From an uncultured Actinomycetota bacterium (GTDB lineage Bacteria; Actinomycetota; Actinomycetes; JAHEKZ01), in NCBI GenBank assembly GCA_963718235.1, contig CAVQYR010000001.1:2080001-2144000 (forward strand): a stretch of 64,000 nt of DNA, in the 5' to 3' direction. The notes under the pieces are model-generated. The model was not told the DNA's origin. It was given only the letters and a program-made list of their open reading frames with translations, and did not search any database. The translations under genes were made by a program, and so were the position numbers. Shown here piece by piece: positions 18,893 to 32,839 of the stretch. Every line of letters starts with the position of its first letter. The stretch's first letter is position 1.

Positions 18893-20137
18893 GTGCGCAT
18901 CGCGCTGCTGTCCTACCGCAGCAAGGCGCACTGTGGCGGGCAGGGTGTTTACGTGCGGCACCTGAGCCGTGAGCTCGTGGCCCTTGGCCACCAGGTCGAG
19001 GTCTTCTCGGGGCAGCCGTACCCCGAGCTCGACCCCGGTGTCGTCCTGACCAAGCTGCCCAGCCTCGACCTGTACCGGGAGCCAGACCCCTTCCGGACGC
19101 CGCGGCTCGACGAGTTCCGCGATGCCATCGACGTGCTCGAGTTCGCCACCACCAGCACGGCTGGGTTCCCCGAGCCACTGACGTTCAGCCTGCGGGCGGC
19201 GCGGGAGCTTCGGCGACGGCCAGGCGATTTCGATGTCGTGCACGACAACCAGACGCTGGGCTACGGCATGCTCGACATCATCCGCGGTGGTACGCCGATG
19301 GTTACCACCGTCCATCACCCGATCACCCGTGACCGTCGGGTCGACCTCGCCGCTGCCGAGGGCTGGGCAAGGCTCACGAAGCTCCGCTGGTACGGCTTCG
19401 TGTCGATGCAGCGGCGAGTCGCCCGCCGGATGCCGCACATCCTCACCGTCTCGCAGTCCTCGGCCCGCGACATCGCCGACGACTTCGGCGTCGATCCTGC
19501 CCGGATCGAGGTGATCCCGCTCGGTGTCGAACCGGAGGTGTTCCGGCACAACGAGGACCCACGGGTTCCCGGGCGGATCGTTGCCATGGCCAGTGCGGAC
19601 ACACCGTTGAAGGGTGTCGCCACCCTGCTGGAGGCGTTCGCCAAGCTCCGTACCGAGCGGGCTGTGGAGCTCCTGCTGGTCACCAGGCCCGAGCCCGGCG
19701 GCCGCACCGAGCAGCTCATCGACCGCCTCTCAATCCGGGACTCCGTGCGCTTCGTCAGTGGACTGAGCGACACCGAGCTCGCCGAGGTCGTCGGCTCCGC
19801 GGAGATCGCGTGCGTGCCGTCCCTCTACGAGGGCTTCTCCCTGCCGACGGTCGAGGCCATGGCCTGTGGCACCTCCCTGGTGGTGAGCCGCGCCGGTGCC
19901 ATGCCGGAGGTCGTCGGTGAGGACGGCCTCTGCGCCGATCTGGTGACACCTGGTGAGGCGGGTGAGCTGGCCCAGGCCCTTGCCGCCCTGCTCGACGATC
20001 CCGACCGCCGCCGCCGCATGGGCCTGGCCGGTCGTGCACGGGCACTCGAGCGGTACAGCTGGCGAGCCGTCGCCGAGAGCACCGCCGATGCCTACCGTCG
20101 GGCCGTGGCTACCGGGAAGCCCCGCCAAGCATGTTGA
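18893..20137 (+). CDS. manT: GT4 glycosyltransferase, ManT-like (alpha-1,4-mannosyltransferase of methylmannose polysaccharide synthesis)
   Basis: MRIALLSYRSKAHCGGQGVYVRHLSREL; PSLYEGFSLPTVEAMACG GT4 motif; cluster context. Confidence 0.75.
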   Translation: MRIALLSYRSKAHCGGQGVYVRHLSRELVALGHQVEVFSGQPYPELDPGVVLTKLPSLDLYREPDPFRTPRLDEFRDAIDVLEFATTSTAGFPEPLTFSLRAARELRRRPGDFDVVHDNQTLGYGMLDIIRGGTPMVTTVHHPITRDRRVDLAAAEGWARLTKLRWYGFVSMQRRVARRMPHILTVSQSSARDIADDFGVDPARIEVIPLGVEPEVFRHNEDPRVPGRIVAMASADTPLKGVATLLEAFAKLRTERAVELLLVTRPEPGGRTEQLIDRLSIRDSVRFVSGLSDTELAEVVGSAEIACVPSLYEGFSLPTVEAMACGTSLVVSRAGAMPEVVGEDGLCADLVTPGEAGELAQALAALLDDPDRRRRMGLAGRARALERYSWRAVAESTADAYRRAVATGKPRQAC

Positions 20138-20837
20138 CCGTCGACTTCGACCGGCTGCGGGTTCGTCAGGGAGACCGCGTGCTGGACATGGGCTGCGGTG
20201 GCGGGCGCCACGCGTTCGACCTCTACCGCCGTGGCTGCGACGTCGTCGCCCTCGACCAGGACGCTGACGAGCTCGCCTCCGTCTCCGACATGTTCGCCGC
20301 GATGCGTGCGGCCGGCGAGGTCCCAGACGGGGCAGAGGCCGACGTCAAGCAGGGAGACGCACTGCACCTGCCGTTTGCCGACGGCGAGTTCGACCGCGTG
20401 GTGGCTGCTGAGGTCCTCGAGCACCTCCCCGACGACGACTCGGCCATCGCCGAGCTCGCTCGGGTGCTGCGACCTGGGGGCACCCTGGCGGTCACGGTGC
20501 CTCGATGGTTTCCCGAACTGGTGTGCTGGGCGCTGTCCGCGGAGTACCACCACGTGGAGGGTGGCCACGTGCGCATCTACACACGCTCGGGCCTGGTCGC
20601 CAAGCTGGAGCGGACCGGCCTGACGGTCACCGGAACAGCACACACCCATGCCCTGCACGCGCCCTACTGGTGGGTCAAGTGCGCGGTCGGCGTCGGCAAC
20701 GACGGACACCGGCTGCCGAAGACCTACCACCGGCTGCTGGTGTGGGACATCACGAAAGGCCCCTGGCTGACCCGAAGGGCGGAGCAGCTGCTCAACCCGT
20801 TCATCGGCAAGAGCCTGGTCCTCTACCTGGCGAAGCC

Positions 20838-20841
<4 letters not shown>
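20131..20841 (+). CDS. class I SAM methyltransferase (candidate 3-O-methyltransferase, MeT3-like)
   Basis: VLDMGCGGGRH SAM motif, EVLEH, GGHVRIY; overlaps manT stop. Confidence 0.75.
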
Positions 20842-24070
<3,229 letters not shown>

Positions 24071-24168
24071 GGGCGCAAAACTACACCGCACTCGTGGAGC
24101 CCCTCGCGGTCCGCGGGCCGGGGGTCCGTGTCCTCGGACCGGGCCGGACCGATCGGTATCGTCCTCAC

Positions 24169-24522
24169 ATGCCGGCAGTGGACGACTACCTGAGCACCCT
24201 CGAGCCCGAGGTGCGGCGTGCCTTCGAACGCGTTCACTCTCTGGCAGTGGACGTCGTCCCGCAGGCTGAGCAGGCGACCAGCTACGGCATGGCGGCCCTG
24301 CGGTACCGAGGCAAGCCGCTTCTCGGCTTTCGCGCCGCGACCCGCCACCTGAGCCTGTTCCCGTTCAGTCCCGATGTCGTCGACGCCGTCACCGACCGGC
24401 TCCTCGGGTACGACCTGTCGAAGGGAACCATCCGGTTCTCGACCTCACAACCGGTTCCGGACGACGTCGTGCGTGACGTCGTCCGCCTGCGACGCGACGA
24501 GATCGACCGCGCTTTGCACTGA
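24169..24522 (+). CDS. YdhG/DUF1801 family protein
   Basis: VDDYL, SYGMAAL, HLSLFPFS, SKGTIRF; TATCGT box 6 nt before ATG (leaderless). Confidence 0.82.
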   Translation: MPAVDDYLSTLEPEVRRAFERVHSLAVDVVPQAEQATSYGMAALRYRGKPLLGFRAATRHLSLFPFSPDVVDAVTDRLLGYDLSKGTIRFSTSQPVPDDVVRDVVRLRRDEIDRALH

Positions 24523-24555
24523 CTCGCGACGGGCTGTCCGTGCAGACTGGTCCCC

Positions 24556-25713
24556 ATGCGCGTACGGGTTGTCCTCCTGGTCTATCTCGCCCTCTTCGTG
24601 GGCGAGCTCTCCTGGTCCGGGGTCACCCCGCTGATCCCGTCCTACATCGACCAGTACGACCTGACCGACCTCGAAGGTGGGCTGGTTCTCTCGGTTGCCA
24701 GCCTGGGCATCCTCGTCGTCTCGCTGCCCGCCGGCTTCATCACGCGCCGGGTGAGCCCGCGAACGCTCACCCTGTCTGCCATGGCGGTCATCGCAGTGGC
24801 CGGATTCGCAATGGCTGTCGCCCCCGGCTACCCGGCTGTGGTTGCCGCCCGCCTCGTCTTCGGCCTCGGGTTCGGCACCCTCTGGGTGTCCATGGCAGCC
24901 TGGCTGGACGACGCTGCAGGTTCGCACAGCGCTCGGGTCCTCGCGCTCACCACCTCCGTCGTCGGGATCAGTGCCATGCTCGGCCCGGCCGTCACCGGCT
25001 GGGTCGCGGAGAACTTCGGTCTGAGCGCGCCCTTCGTCGGGCTGGCCCTGGTGTCTTCCTTGCTGTTCGTCCTGCTGCTCTTCGACCGCTCCGGGTCCGG
25101 GCGACGCAAGGACCCGGCCCCCCCGACTCGCGAGCTGGTTCGCGCGGTCCGCTCCGACCCCGACCTCCTGACCATGCTCCTGCTCACCACAGCGGCCGCC
25201 GTCGTCTGGATGACGGCCGACCTGCTCGTACCGTTGCGACTCGACGCTGGGGGCCTGGATGCGGCCGACATCGGGTTCTTGTTCGCCGGGTCGTCGTTGG
25301 TCTTCGTCAGTTCCAGTGCACTGACGGCGCGTGGCGTCGACCGATGGGCGAAGCCGGGGGTCGCGGCCGCCGCAACCGCCGGCCTGGCCGTGTTCACCGC
25401 ACTACCAGCACTGCTCTTGGGGGTGCCGGTCACGATCGTCTTCCTCTTCGGCGCCAGCGTCGCGACCGGTGTGACTGTCGCACTCACGTTTCCGTTCGGA
25501 CTCCACGCGGTCGATCGGGGCGCCGTCACGGTGGCCGTCATGAGCGCGCTCGCGAGCATCATCTGGGCCCTGTCAGGTCTGGTCGGTCCCACCGTCGGCG
25601 GAGCCTTCGCCGAATGGGCTGGCGATCGCATGGCATTTGCCGTGCTCGCGCTCGTCTGCGTCTGTGTCGCGGTCGCGGTGCAGCGGAAGGCGAGGACCGT
25701 CGTTGCCGGATGA
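24556..25713 (+). CDS. MFS transporter
   Basis: About 12 hydrophobic segments; ARLVFGLG, GPTVGG. Confidence 0.85.
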   Translation: MRVRVVLLVYLALFVGELSWSGVTPLIPSYIDQYDLTDLEGGLVLSVASLGILVVSLPAGFITRRVSPRTLTLSAMAVIAVAGFAMAVAPGYPAVVAARLVFGLGFGTLWVSMAAWLDDAAGSHSARVLALTTSVVGISAMLGPAVTGWVAENFGLSAPFVGLALVSSLLFVLLLFDRSGSGRRKDPAPPTRELVRAVRSDPDLLTMLLLTTAAAVVWMTADLLVPLRLDAGGLDAADIGFLFAGSSLVFVSSSALTARGVDRWAKPGVAAAATAGLAVFTALPALLLGVPVTIVFLFGASVATGVTVALTFPFGLHAVDRGAVTVAVMSALASIIWALSGLVGPTVGGAFAEWAGDRMAFAVLALVCVCVAVAVQRKARTVVAG

Positions 25714-25797
25714 CCCGGGGCCAGAAAGATGGCTTTGCGACAGCCCCCTCGACAGCCTTCCCCGGCGCTCGGCACGGCGATCCCGTTGGCGTGCGCG

Positions 25798-25980
25798 TTA
25801 CCCATTCAGTGCCGAGAACACGTCGTAGACCATGAACGCCGGCCACACCACACCCTGGAGAATGGCGAACAGGTACTCCCAGAACGTGTCCGCCTGTTGC
25901 CAGAAGAACACCCAGGCGCCAAGGATGCCCAGCCCGTAGATGGCGCCTCCACCGGCTGCACCCGCGTTGTTGTTGCTCAT
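25798..25980 (-). CDS. small membrane protein (60 aa)
   Basis: GGAIYGLGILGAWVFFWQQA...WPAFMVY; AAGGAG RBS. Confidence 0.75.
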   Translation of the reverse strand: MSNNNAGAAGGGAIYGLGILGAWVFFWQQADTFWEYLFAILQGVVWPAFMVYDVFSALNG

Positions 25981-26126
25981 TCCGACTCCTTCTCGTTCCC
26001 TCGATCATGGTCGACGGCGCCATGGGATACACGAGGCCTAGGTCCCTCGTCGATCCCACCGGCCCGGCAAGGACGGCAGGGTCAGCATCGAGGTGCAGCC
26101 ATCAGTCGGCGAGTAGAATCATGCTC

Positions 26127-26762
26127 ATGCGAGAGCGGTCGAACCCCCGTCGAGTACTGGCCGAGGACCTGACGACTCTTGCGGACCGTCATGCTCTGCG
26201 GCTGCACCTCAGGCGTCTGGACGATCTGTGCGCCGAGCCGGAGACCGACCCCAGTGGTCTCCACGCACGACCGCAGCAGGCGGGCGTGCTCGACCTGGCC
26301 GCCACCCTGAGTGCCGCGCGCCACCTCCCCCACACCTTGACGGTGCAGGTGGCGCTGCCCCCGAACGCAGCATCCGGACTCACCGTGGAGAGCTCACAGG
26401 AGGCACTGCACCAGCGGGCAAGCTACCTGGCGTCGACCTCCTGGCGTGAGTCCATGGCTGTTCGCAACATGGGGCTGCGTCAGCTGCCTCTCGGCATCGT
26501 CTTCTACGTGTTGGCCGCCATCATCGCGGCCGGGCTCGCCTACCTGGCGCAGGAGGCGGACGGGAACGCCAGCATCGCGCTGTTCACCGTGCTTGCGGCT
26601 TTGGCCATGACCGTGGCCTGGGTGGTGTCGTGGATGGTCGTCGAGTCGACGATCTTCGACTGGAGACCGGCTGCCCACCAGGCCGCCGTCTACGAGTTGC
26701 TCGCCCGCGCCACCGTTGAGGTTGTCCCGGAGGACTCGCGCGTCGCTGCGCCCAGCCCTTAG
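26127..26762 (+). CDS. hypothetical membrane protein (2 C-terminal TM helices)
   Basis: Open frame with TM pair; TAGAAT box 7 nt before ATG 26127. Confidence 0.65.
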   Translation: MRERSNPRRVLAEDLTTLADRHALRLHLRRLDDLCAEPETDPSGLHARPQQAGVLDLAATLSAARHLPHTLTVQVALPPNAASGLTVESSQEALHQRASYLASTSWRESMAVRNMGLRQLPLGIVFYVLAAIIAAGLAYLAQEADGNASIALFTVLAALAMTVAWVVSWMVVESTIFDWRPAAHQAAVYELLARATVEVVPEDSRVAAPSP

Positions 26763-26829
26763 ACCTCGAGGGTGACGCAACCGTCCTCCTTGGTAGATCA
26801 TGCGGTCTTCAGAGGCGATACTTCGAACC

Positions 26830-29233
26830 GTGCTTCACCTTCTCGAGCTGCACGGTCGACCTGTCGACCCGGACGCTGACCCGGTCCGGCCAGGTCGAGC
26901 ACCTCGAGCCACAGGCCTTCGACGTGCTGGCGCACCTGGTTGTCCATCGAGATCGAGTCGTGTCCAAGGAGGAGCTCCTCGACACGGTCTGGGGTGGGCA
27001 CTGGGTGTCGGAGTCCGCCCTGACGACCAGGGTCAAGGAGATCAGGCGCGCCACCGGCGACACGGGGGACAGACAGAGCGTGCTCCGGACGGTTCGCGGC
27101 CACGGCTACCAGTTCGTGGCCGTCGTCAGCGAGGCTGACCTCTCTACCCCGGCCCAGGGTCATCTGGTGGGCCGCGAACGTGACCTGGCTGAGCTCGGCT
27201 CTCGGCTGCGGCCAGGCTCGCTGCTCACCCTCGTCGGCCCAGGGGGCGTCGGTAAGACCTCCCTCGCACGCACGCTGGTGGCTCGGGCGGCTCCACGCTT
27301 TCCCGACGGCGTCACCGTGCTGGACCTGACGGTGCTGGAGCAGCCGTCGCAGCTCATGGGGGCGGTGGCCAGGGCCGCGAGAGTCTCGGAGCCGTCCGCC
27401 AGCGGCCTGATCGACGCGCTCAGGCGTCTGGACGCGTTGCTGCTTCTCGACGACGCGGACGACATGGTGGCAGCGGTGGCGCAGCTGTGCGATCAGCTGA
27501 CCGCTGACCCAGCCAGCATCGCGGTCGTCGTCACGACCCGTGAGCGTCTCGGCGTCCGAGGCGAGCAGCTGTGGCCGGTCCTGCCGCTCTCGGACTCCGC
27601 AGCCCGCGAGCTGCTGATCACTCGAGCACGCGAGCTCGCTCCGCTGGGGAGCCTGCGTGACGCGGGCGCTGACCAGCTCGACGCCCTGAACGCGTGCGTC
27701 GACCGCCTTCCGCTCGCGGTCGAGATGCTTGCCGGGATGAGTGCCGTCCTGGACATCGAGGACCTGCTTCGTCTGGTCGGGCACCGCACCGACCTGGTCA
27801 CGAGCATGCGCCGTGACGCACCGGAACGACACCGTTCGCTCGATCGGCTCGTCACAAGCTCCGTCGAACGGCTCGACGACGAGACGAGGCGAGCCCTGAC
27901 CGCGCTGACGAGCTTCGCCGGTGCCTTCACGGTCACTGACGCGGCCACGGTGGTGGAACGGCAGGACAGTGGGCTTGCCCTGGTTCGCGAGCTGATCGAC
28001 CGGTCACTGATCTCCCCCGTCGATGGTCCCGGAGGGCCACGTTTCCAGATGCTGCGCACGGTCCATCAAGCCGCCCGCAACGGAGCGGACCCGGACGACC
28101 TGCACGCGGCTGCGCTCCGCCACGCACAGCTGGTCACCGCCGAGCTCGAACGTGCCGATGCCGCGCTCCGGACCGAGGACGAGCTCCAGGCGGCGTTGAC
28201 GTTCGAGCGGCTGGCCGACGAGGCCCGCGCCTCGCACGCATGGGCACGTCGCCACGACCGGTCTCTCGCCGTCCGTCTGACCGTCGCGCTGCACCTGTAC
28301 GCGTACTCACGGATGTGGAACGAGCCGGCCCAGTGGGCCGAGTCGATCGCCGGTGCGGAGCGGCAACAAGGCGCCGTACTGGCCGCGTTGGCCTCGCAGG
28401 CGACCCAGGACGGACGGCTCGCCGAGTCTGTGGAGCTGGCCGAGCGCATCAAGAACGACGACGACGTCCAGGTTCGAGGCTGGGCCCTCGAGGTTCTTTC
28501 CGACGCCAGCATCTACCTGGGCAGACTCTCCGACGCCGAGACGCATGCGCAGGAGCTCGTCGCCTTGGGCCATCGGTGCGCAGCGCCCCGGATGGTAGCC
28601 ATCGGGCTCACGAACGCCGCCATCGCCCGGACCTACGCCGGCCGACCGGAGGACGGGCTGGAGCTGCTCGACCAACCGTTGCCCGTACCTTTCCGTCTGG
28701 CGCCCTCAGAGCGTGCCTGGCTCGCCCTGGGACGAGGTGAGTCGCTCGCCGCCACTCACGGCGCCAGCGCTGTCGCTGCGTTGCGCGAGGCAGCGCGGTT
28801 GGGCGACAGCGTGGGTAACAGCTTCGTGGCGGGGGTGGCCCGCTCCACCCTCGCCTCGCTGGAGACGGAACGTGGCGATCTCGAAGCGGCGACAGCGACC
28901 TTCATCGACATTCTCGAGACCTTCCTGCGCCACGGGAACGTGACGCATCTGTCGGTCTTCCTCCGCAATGTCATTCCGCTGCTGGCGCGTCTGGAAGAGC
29001 CCGCAGCCGCGGCCGTGGTCGGCGCCTGGGTCTTCGGCCCCGGGATCCGACCCGGTATTGGTCCCGACGTGGCTGCTGCACACCAGACCCTGGACGACCT
29101 GCGCGCCGTCCACGGCGATCACAAGATGGACTCCTGGCTGCGCGAGGGGGTCGCCTGCACGGCGGCAGGCGCCACCGAACGAGCCTTGACCGCAATGCGC
29201 CGCTACCTGGGGAAATCACCGACCACTTCTTGA
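26830..29233 (+). CDS. OmpR/PhoB-type winged-helix + P-loop ATPase + TPR-like regulator (AfsR/EmbR-related); apparent frameshift right after the start
   Basis: LEPQAFDVL...RVVSKEELLDTVW...SALTTRVKEIRR...LRTVRGHGYQF; GPGGVGKT; DRLPLAVEM. In-frame ORF only from 26924. Confidence 0.82.
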
Positions 29234-29237
29234 CGAT

Positions 29238-29266
29238 CCTCACGCAATCCCCACGTCACCCTCATG
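29238..29266 (+). promoter_or_regulatory. three CCYCAYG heptamers at 11-bp period
   Basis: CCTCACG 29238, CCCCACG 29249, CCTCATG 29260. Confidence 0.55.
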
Positions 29267-29298
29267 CACGTCCACGGCCGATCCGCTGAAGTAGCTCC

Positions 29299-30252
29299 AT
29301 GACCACACAGCACACGGGTGACCTCATCCCCGACGACCTGATGCTCACCGACGGCGGCCTCGAGACGGTCCTGGTCTTCGAGCACGGCCTCGACCTTCCC
29401 GCGTTCGCGGCGTTCCCGCTGGTCGAGACCGACGAGGGCAAGGACCAGCTGCGCCGCTACTTCCGTGACTACATGGTGCTGGCCGCCGAGTCCAAAGCCG
29501 GCTACGTCCTCGAGACACCCACATGGCGGGCCAACCCCGACTGGGGTGCCCAGCTCGGCTACTCACGAGACGACCTCCGGCGCGTGACGCACGAGTCGGT
29601 CGGTCTGGCCCAGGGTCTTCGCGAGGAGTGGAGCAGCGACGGACGCGTGCTCGTCAGCGGCTGTGTAGGCCCGCGAGGTGACGGATACGTCCCCGGGGAC
29701 ACCATGTCGACCGACGAGGCCGCCGACTACCACCGCCAGCAGGTCGGTGACCTCGCCGACGCTGGGGCCGACCTGGTCACCGCGTTCACGCTCTCCTACG
29801 CCGAGGAGGGGGTGGGCGTTGCGGCTGCCGCGGCCGAGTGTGGGATCCCGTCCGTCATCGGCTTCACGGTCGAGCCCGACGGTCGGCTCCCTTCGGGCAC
29901 CCGGCTTGGTGACGCGATCGAGCAGGTGGACGCCGCGACCGGGTCGGCCGCGGCCTGGTTCATGGTGAACTGCGCGCATCCCGACCACGTGCTTCCCGGC
30001 CTCCCCGATGCTGAGGGACCGTGGCTGTCACGCATCGGTGCGTATCGGGCCAACGCCTCACGGATGACCCACGCTGAGCTCGACGAGGCCGAGGTGCTCG
30101 ACGACGGGGACCCCATCGACCTCGCGGGCGGCTACCTCTCACTGCGGGATCGCCTGCCCGGGCTCCGCGTCGTCGGAGGCTGCTGCGGAACCGACGTCCG
30201 ACATGTGCGAGCCGCCGCTCAGGCCTGGCGCGCAGGTTCGGTCAACGGCTAG
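29299..30252 (+). CDS. homocysteine S-methyltransferase family protein
   Basis: LTDGGLET, VGPRGDGY, VNCAHP, GGCCGT zinc ligands. Confidence 0.92.
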   Translation: MTTQHTGDLIPDDLMLTDGGLETVLVFEHGLDLPAFAAFPLVETDEGKDQLRRYFRDYMVLAAESKAGYVLETPTWRANPDWGAQLGYSRDDLRRVTHESVGLAQGLREEWSSDGRVLVSGCVGPRGDGYVPGDTMSTDEAADYHRQQVGDLADAGADLVTAFTLSYAEEGVGVAAAAAECGIPSVIGFTVEPDGRLPSGTRLGDAIEQVDAATGSAAAWFMVNCAHPDHVLPGLPDAEGPWLSRIGAYRANASRMTHAELDEAEVLDDGDPIDLAGGYLSLRDRLPGLRVVGGCCGTDVRHVRAAAQAWRAGSVNG

Positions 30253-32726
30253 CCGCGAACGCGATCACTGCGCGGGTCGTAGAGCGGCTTGAGGCTGATG
30301 CTCGCCGGCACGCGGATTCCGGCCACCTCCACCGTGTAGCTGCCCGAGAGGACGAAGTCGACATCTGCGACACCACCAGGGTTCTCGACGTAGCCAAGCC
30401 CGATCGGGGCGCCCAGCGTGTGACCGAACGCGCCCGACGTCAGTGACCCGACGATCTGGTCGTCACGCCAGATGGGCTCGTTGTGGTACACGAGCTTGGC
30501 GTCGTCCAACAGCCGGAACTGGGCGAGCCGGCGTGCGGGAGGCGCGCTGCGCCGCCCTGCGAGCGCGGCCTCACCGCGGAACCCTCCTGGCTTGTCCCAC
30601 GCCACCGCGAATCCGAGCCCGGCCTCGACCGGGTCGTCGTCCGGTGTGATGTCGTGCCCCCAGTGTCGATATCCCTTCTCCATGCGCAGCGAGTCGAGGG
30701 AGTGGTAGCCGCACAGTCTCAGGTCGTGGTTGCGGCCCACGACCTCGAGGTGGTCGAACACCCCCGCAGCGAACTCGGTCGGGACGTACAGCTCCCAGCC
30801 GAGCTCCCCCACGTAGGTGATCCGGCTGGCACGAACGCACGCGTAGCCCAGATCCACGACCTGGGACGTGCCAAAGGGGAATGCCTCGTCCGCGAAGTCG
30901 GCATCCGCCGCCTCCGTGAGCAGGTCCCTCGACCCGGGACCCATGACACTCAGCACAGCCATCGATGACGTCACGTCCGTGACCGTGCACCGCGCCTCGG
31001 CGGGGATGCTGTCGCGCAGCCAGGCGAGGTCACGGACCTGGGTGGCCGCGGCGGTCACCACCAGATAGCGGTCCGGTGCCTCCCGGGTGACCGTGAGGTC
31101 GGCCTCGATGGTGCCCTGGTCATTGAGCCACTGGGTGTAGACGATCCTCCCGACCGGGACTGAGACGTCGTTCGCACAGACCCAGTTGAGGACACTCTCC
31201 GCGTCCGGTCCCTGCACGAGGTACTTGCCGAAGGACGACTGGTCGAACATGCCCACGGACTCACGAACCGCCCGATGCTCCTGCGCTGAGTACTCGAACC
31301 AGTTCTGTCGTCCGTAGCTGTACTCGTAGACCGGCTCGGCTCCTTCCGGGGCGAACCAGTTCGCCCGCTCCCACCCCGCGACCTCCCCGAAGCAAGCGCC
31401 GCGGGCGGCGAGTCGGTCGTGCAGGACCGACTGACGGACCCCTCGGGCGGTCTCGGGCTGGCGGTAGGGCCAGTGCATCGCGTAGAGCAGTCCGAGCGTC
31501 TCGACCGTCCGGTCGTGCAGGTACCTGGCGTTGGCGTGGAACGGCATCATTCGTCGGACGTCCACGTCCCAGAGGTCCATCGGGGGACGACCGTCGACGA
31601 TCCAGTCAGCGAGGACCTTGCCCGCCCCGCCCGACGACTGGATGCCGATCGAGTTGAAGCCGCAGGCAACGAACAACGCCTTGACGTCCGGGGACTCCCC
31701 CAGCAGGTACCGGTCGTCGGGGGTGAAGGACTCCGGTCCGTTGAAGAACAGCTGGATTCCGGCGTCCTCCAGCACCGGCATGCGATGAGCAGCCACCTCG
31801 AGCAGGGGCGCGACGTGCTCGAGGTCCGCCGGCAGGGTCCCGAAGCTGAAAGCCTCGGGGATCCCGCTCACCTCACCCGGCTGCCTCATCCCCCAGGGCT
31901 TGGCCACCGGCTCGAACCACCCGACCAGGAGCTTCCCGACGTCCTCCTTGAAGTACCCGAAGCCGTCCTGGTCGCGCAGGACGGGCATCGTCGGTGGGAG
32001 TCCCTCGATGGCCTCGGTGACGACGTAGAAGTGCTCAGCCGCGTGGAGTGGCACGGTGGCTCCAACCGCCCCACCGAGCTCCCTGGCCCACATACCAGCC
32101 GCGATTACCACGACATCGGCCCTGAGCTCTCCTGAGTCGTCGCCGCTGGTGTAGCTCACCCCGACGGCACGCCCGTCGACGGTGAGAACGCGGTCGACGG
32201 TGACGTTCTCCGCGATAGTGACCCCCCTGGCCCTGGCCCCCTTGGCCAGAGCGTGCGTCGTGTCCACTGGGTTGGTCACCCCGTCACCGGGGAGGAACAC
32301 CCCGCCCACCAGGTCGTCCACCCGAGCGTGTGGGACCAGTCCGGCGACGTCCTCGGGTGAGATCTCCTCCACAGCCAGACCGAAGACTCGAGCCATCGAC
32401 GCCTGGCGCCTGAGCTCCTCCATACGCTCGGCGTTGGTCGCCACGCTCACCGACCCACGTTGCTGGAACCCAGTGGCCTGTCCTGTGTCGGACTCGAGTG
32501 TGGCGAACAGCTCAGTCGTGTACTGGGCCAGGCGCGTGAGGTTGTGTGTTGCACGAAGCTGTCCGACCAGCCCGGCGGCATGCCACGTGGTCCCGCTGGT
32601 GAGCTGCTTGCGCTCGAGCAGGACCACATCTGAGATCCCACGCAAAGCCAGGTGATAGGCCACGCTGCAGCCGACGATGCCGCCGCCGACGATGACGACG
32701 TGAGCACGCTGTGGCAAGGCTGTCAT
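30249..32726 (-). CDS. FAD-dependent dimethylglycine/sarcosine dehydrogenase-like protein (DAO + GcvT domains)
   Basis: IVGGGIVG, GTTWHAAG, NGPESFTPD, YVGELGWEL, SLRMEKGY. Confidence 0.9.
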   Translation of the reverse strand: MTALPQRAHVVIVGGGIVGCSVAYHLALRGISDVVLLERKQLTSGTTWHAAGLVGQLRATHNLTRLAQYTTELFATLESDTGQATGFQQRGSVSVATNAERMEELRRQASMARVFGLAVEEISPEDVAGLVPHARVDDLVGGVFLPGDGVTNPVDTTHALAKGARARGVTIAENVTVDRVLTVDGRAVGVSYTSGDDSGELRADVVVIAAGMWARELGGAVGATVPLHAAEHFYVVTEAIEGLPPTMPVLRDQDGFGYFKEDVGKLLVGWFEPVAKPWGMRQPGEVSGIPEAFSFGTLPADLEHVAPLLEVAAHRMPVLEDAGIQLFFNGPESFTPDDRYLLGESPDVKALFVACGFNSIGIQSSGGAGKVLADWIVDGRPPMDLWDVDVRRMMPFHANARYLHDRTVETLGLLYAMHWPYRQPETARGVRQSVLHDRLAARGACFGEVAGWERANWFAPEGAEPVYEYSYGRQNWFEYSAQEHRAVRESVGMFDQSSFGKYLVQGPDAESVLNWVCANDVSVPVGRIVYTQWLNDQGTIEADLTVTREAPDRYLVVTAAATQVRDLAWLRDSIPAEARCTVTDVTSSMAVLSVMGPGSRDLLTEAADADFADEAFPFGTSQVVDLGYACVRASRITYVGELGWELYVPTEFAAGVFDHLEVVGRNHDLRLCGYHSLDSLRMEKGYRHWGHDITPDDDPVEAGLGFAVAWDKPGGFRGEAALAGRRSAPPARRLAQFRLLDDAKLVYHNEPIWRDDQIVGSLTSGAFGHTLGAPIGLGYVENPGGVADVDFVLSGSYTVEVAGIRVPASISLKPLYDPRSDRVRG

Positions 32727-32839
32727 GGGTCCTCCAGTACGGTGGCGCGATGCGGCGAGTCAGTCATTGTTGGGCCCGAGAGGCACCGTACTGGCTCCTC
32801 GACCTGGAACGTGCGATGACTTCGGTTGGGTGTCGGGAG

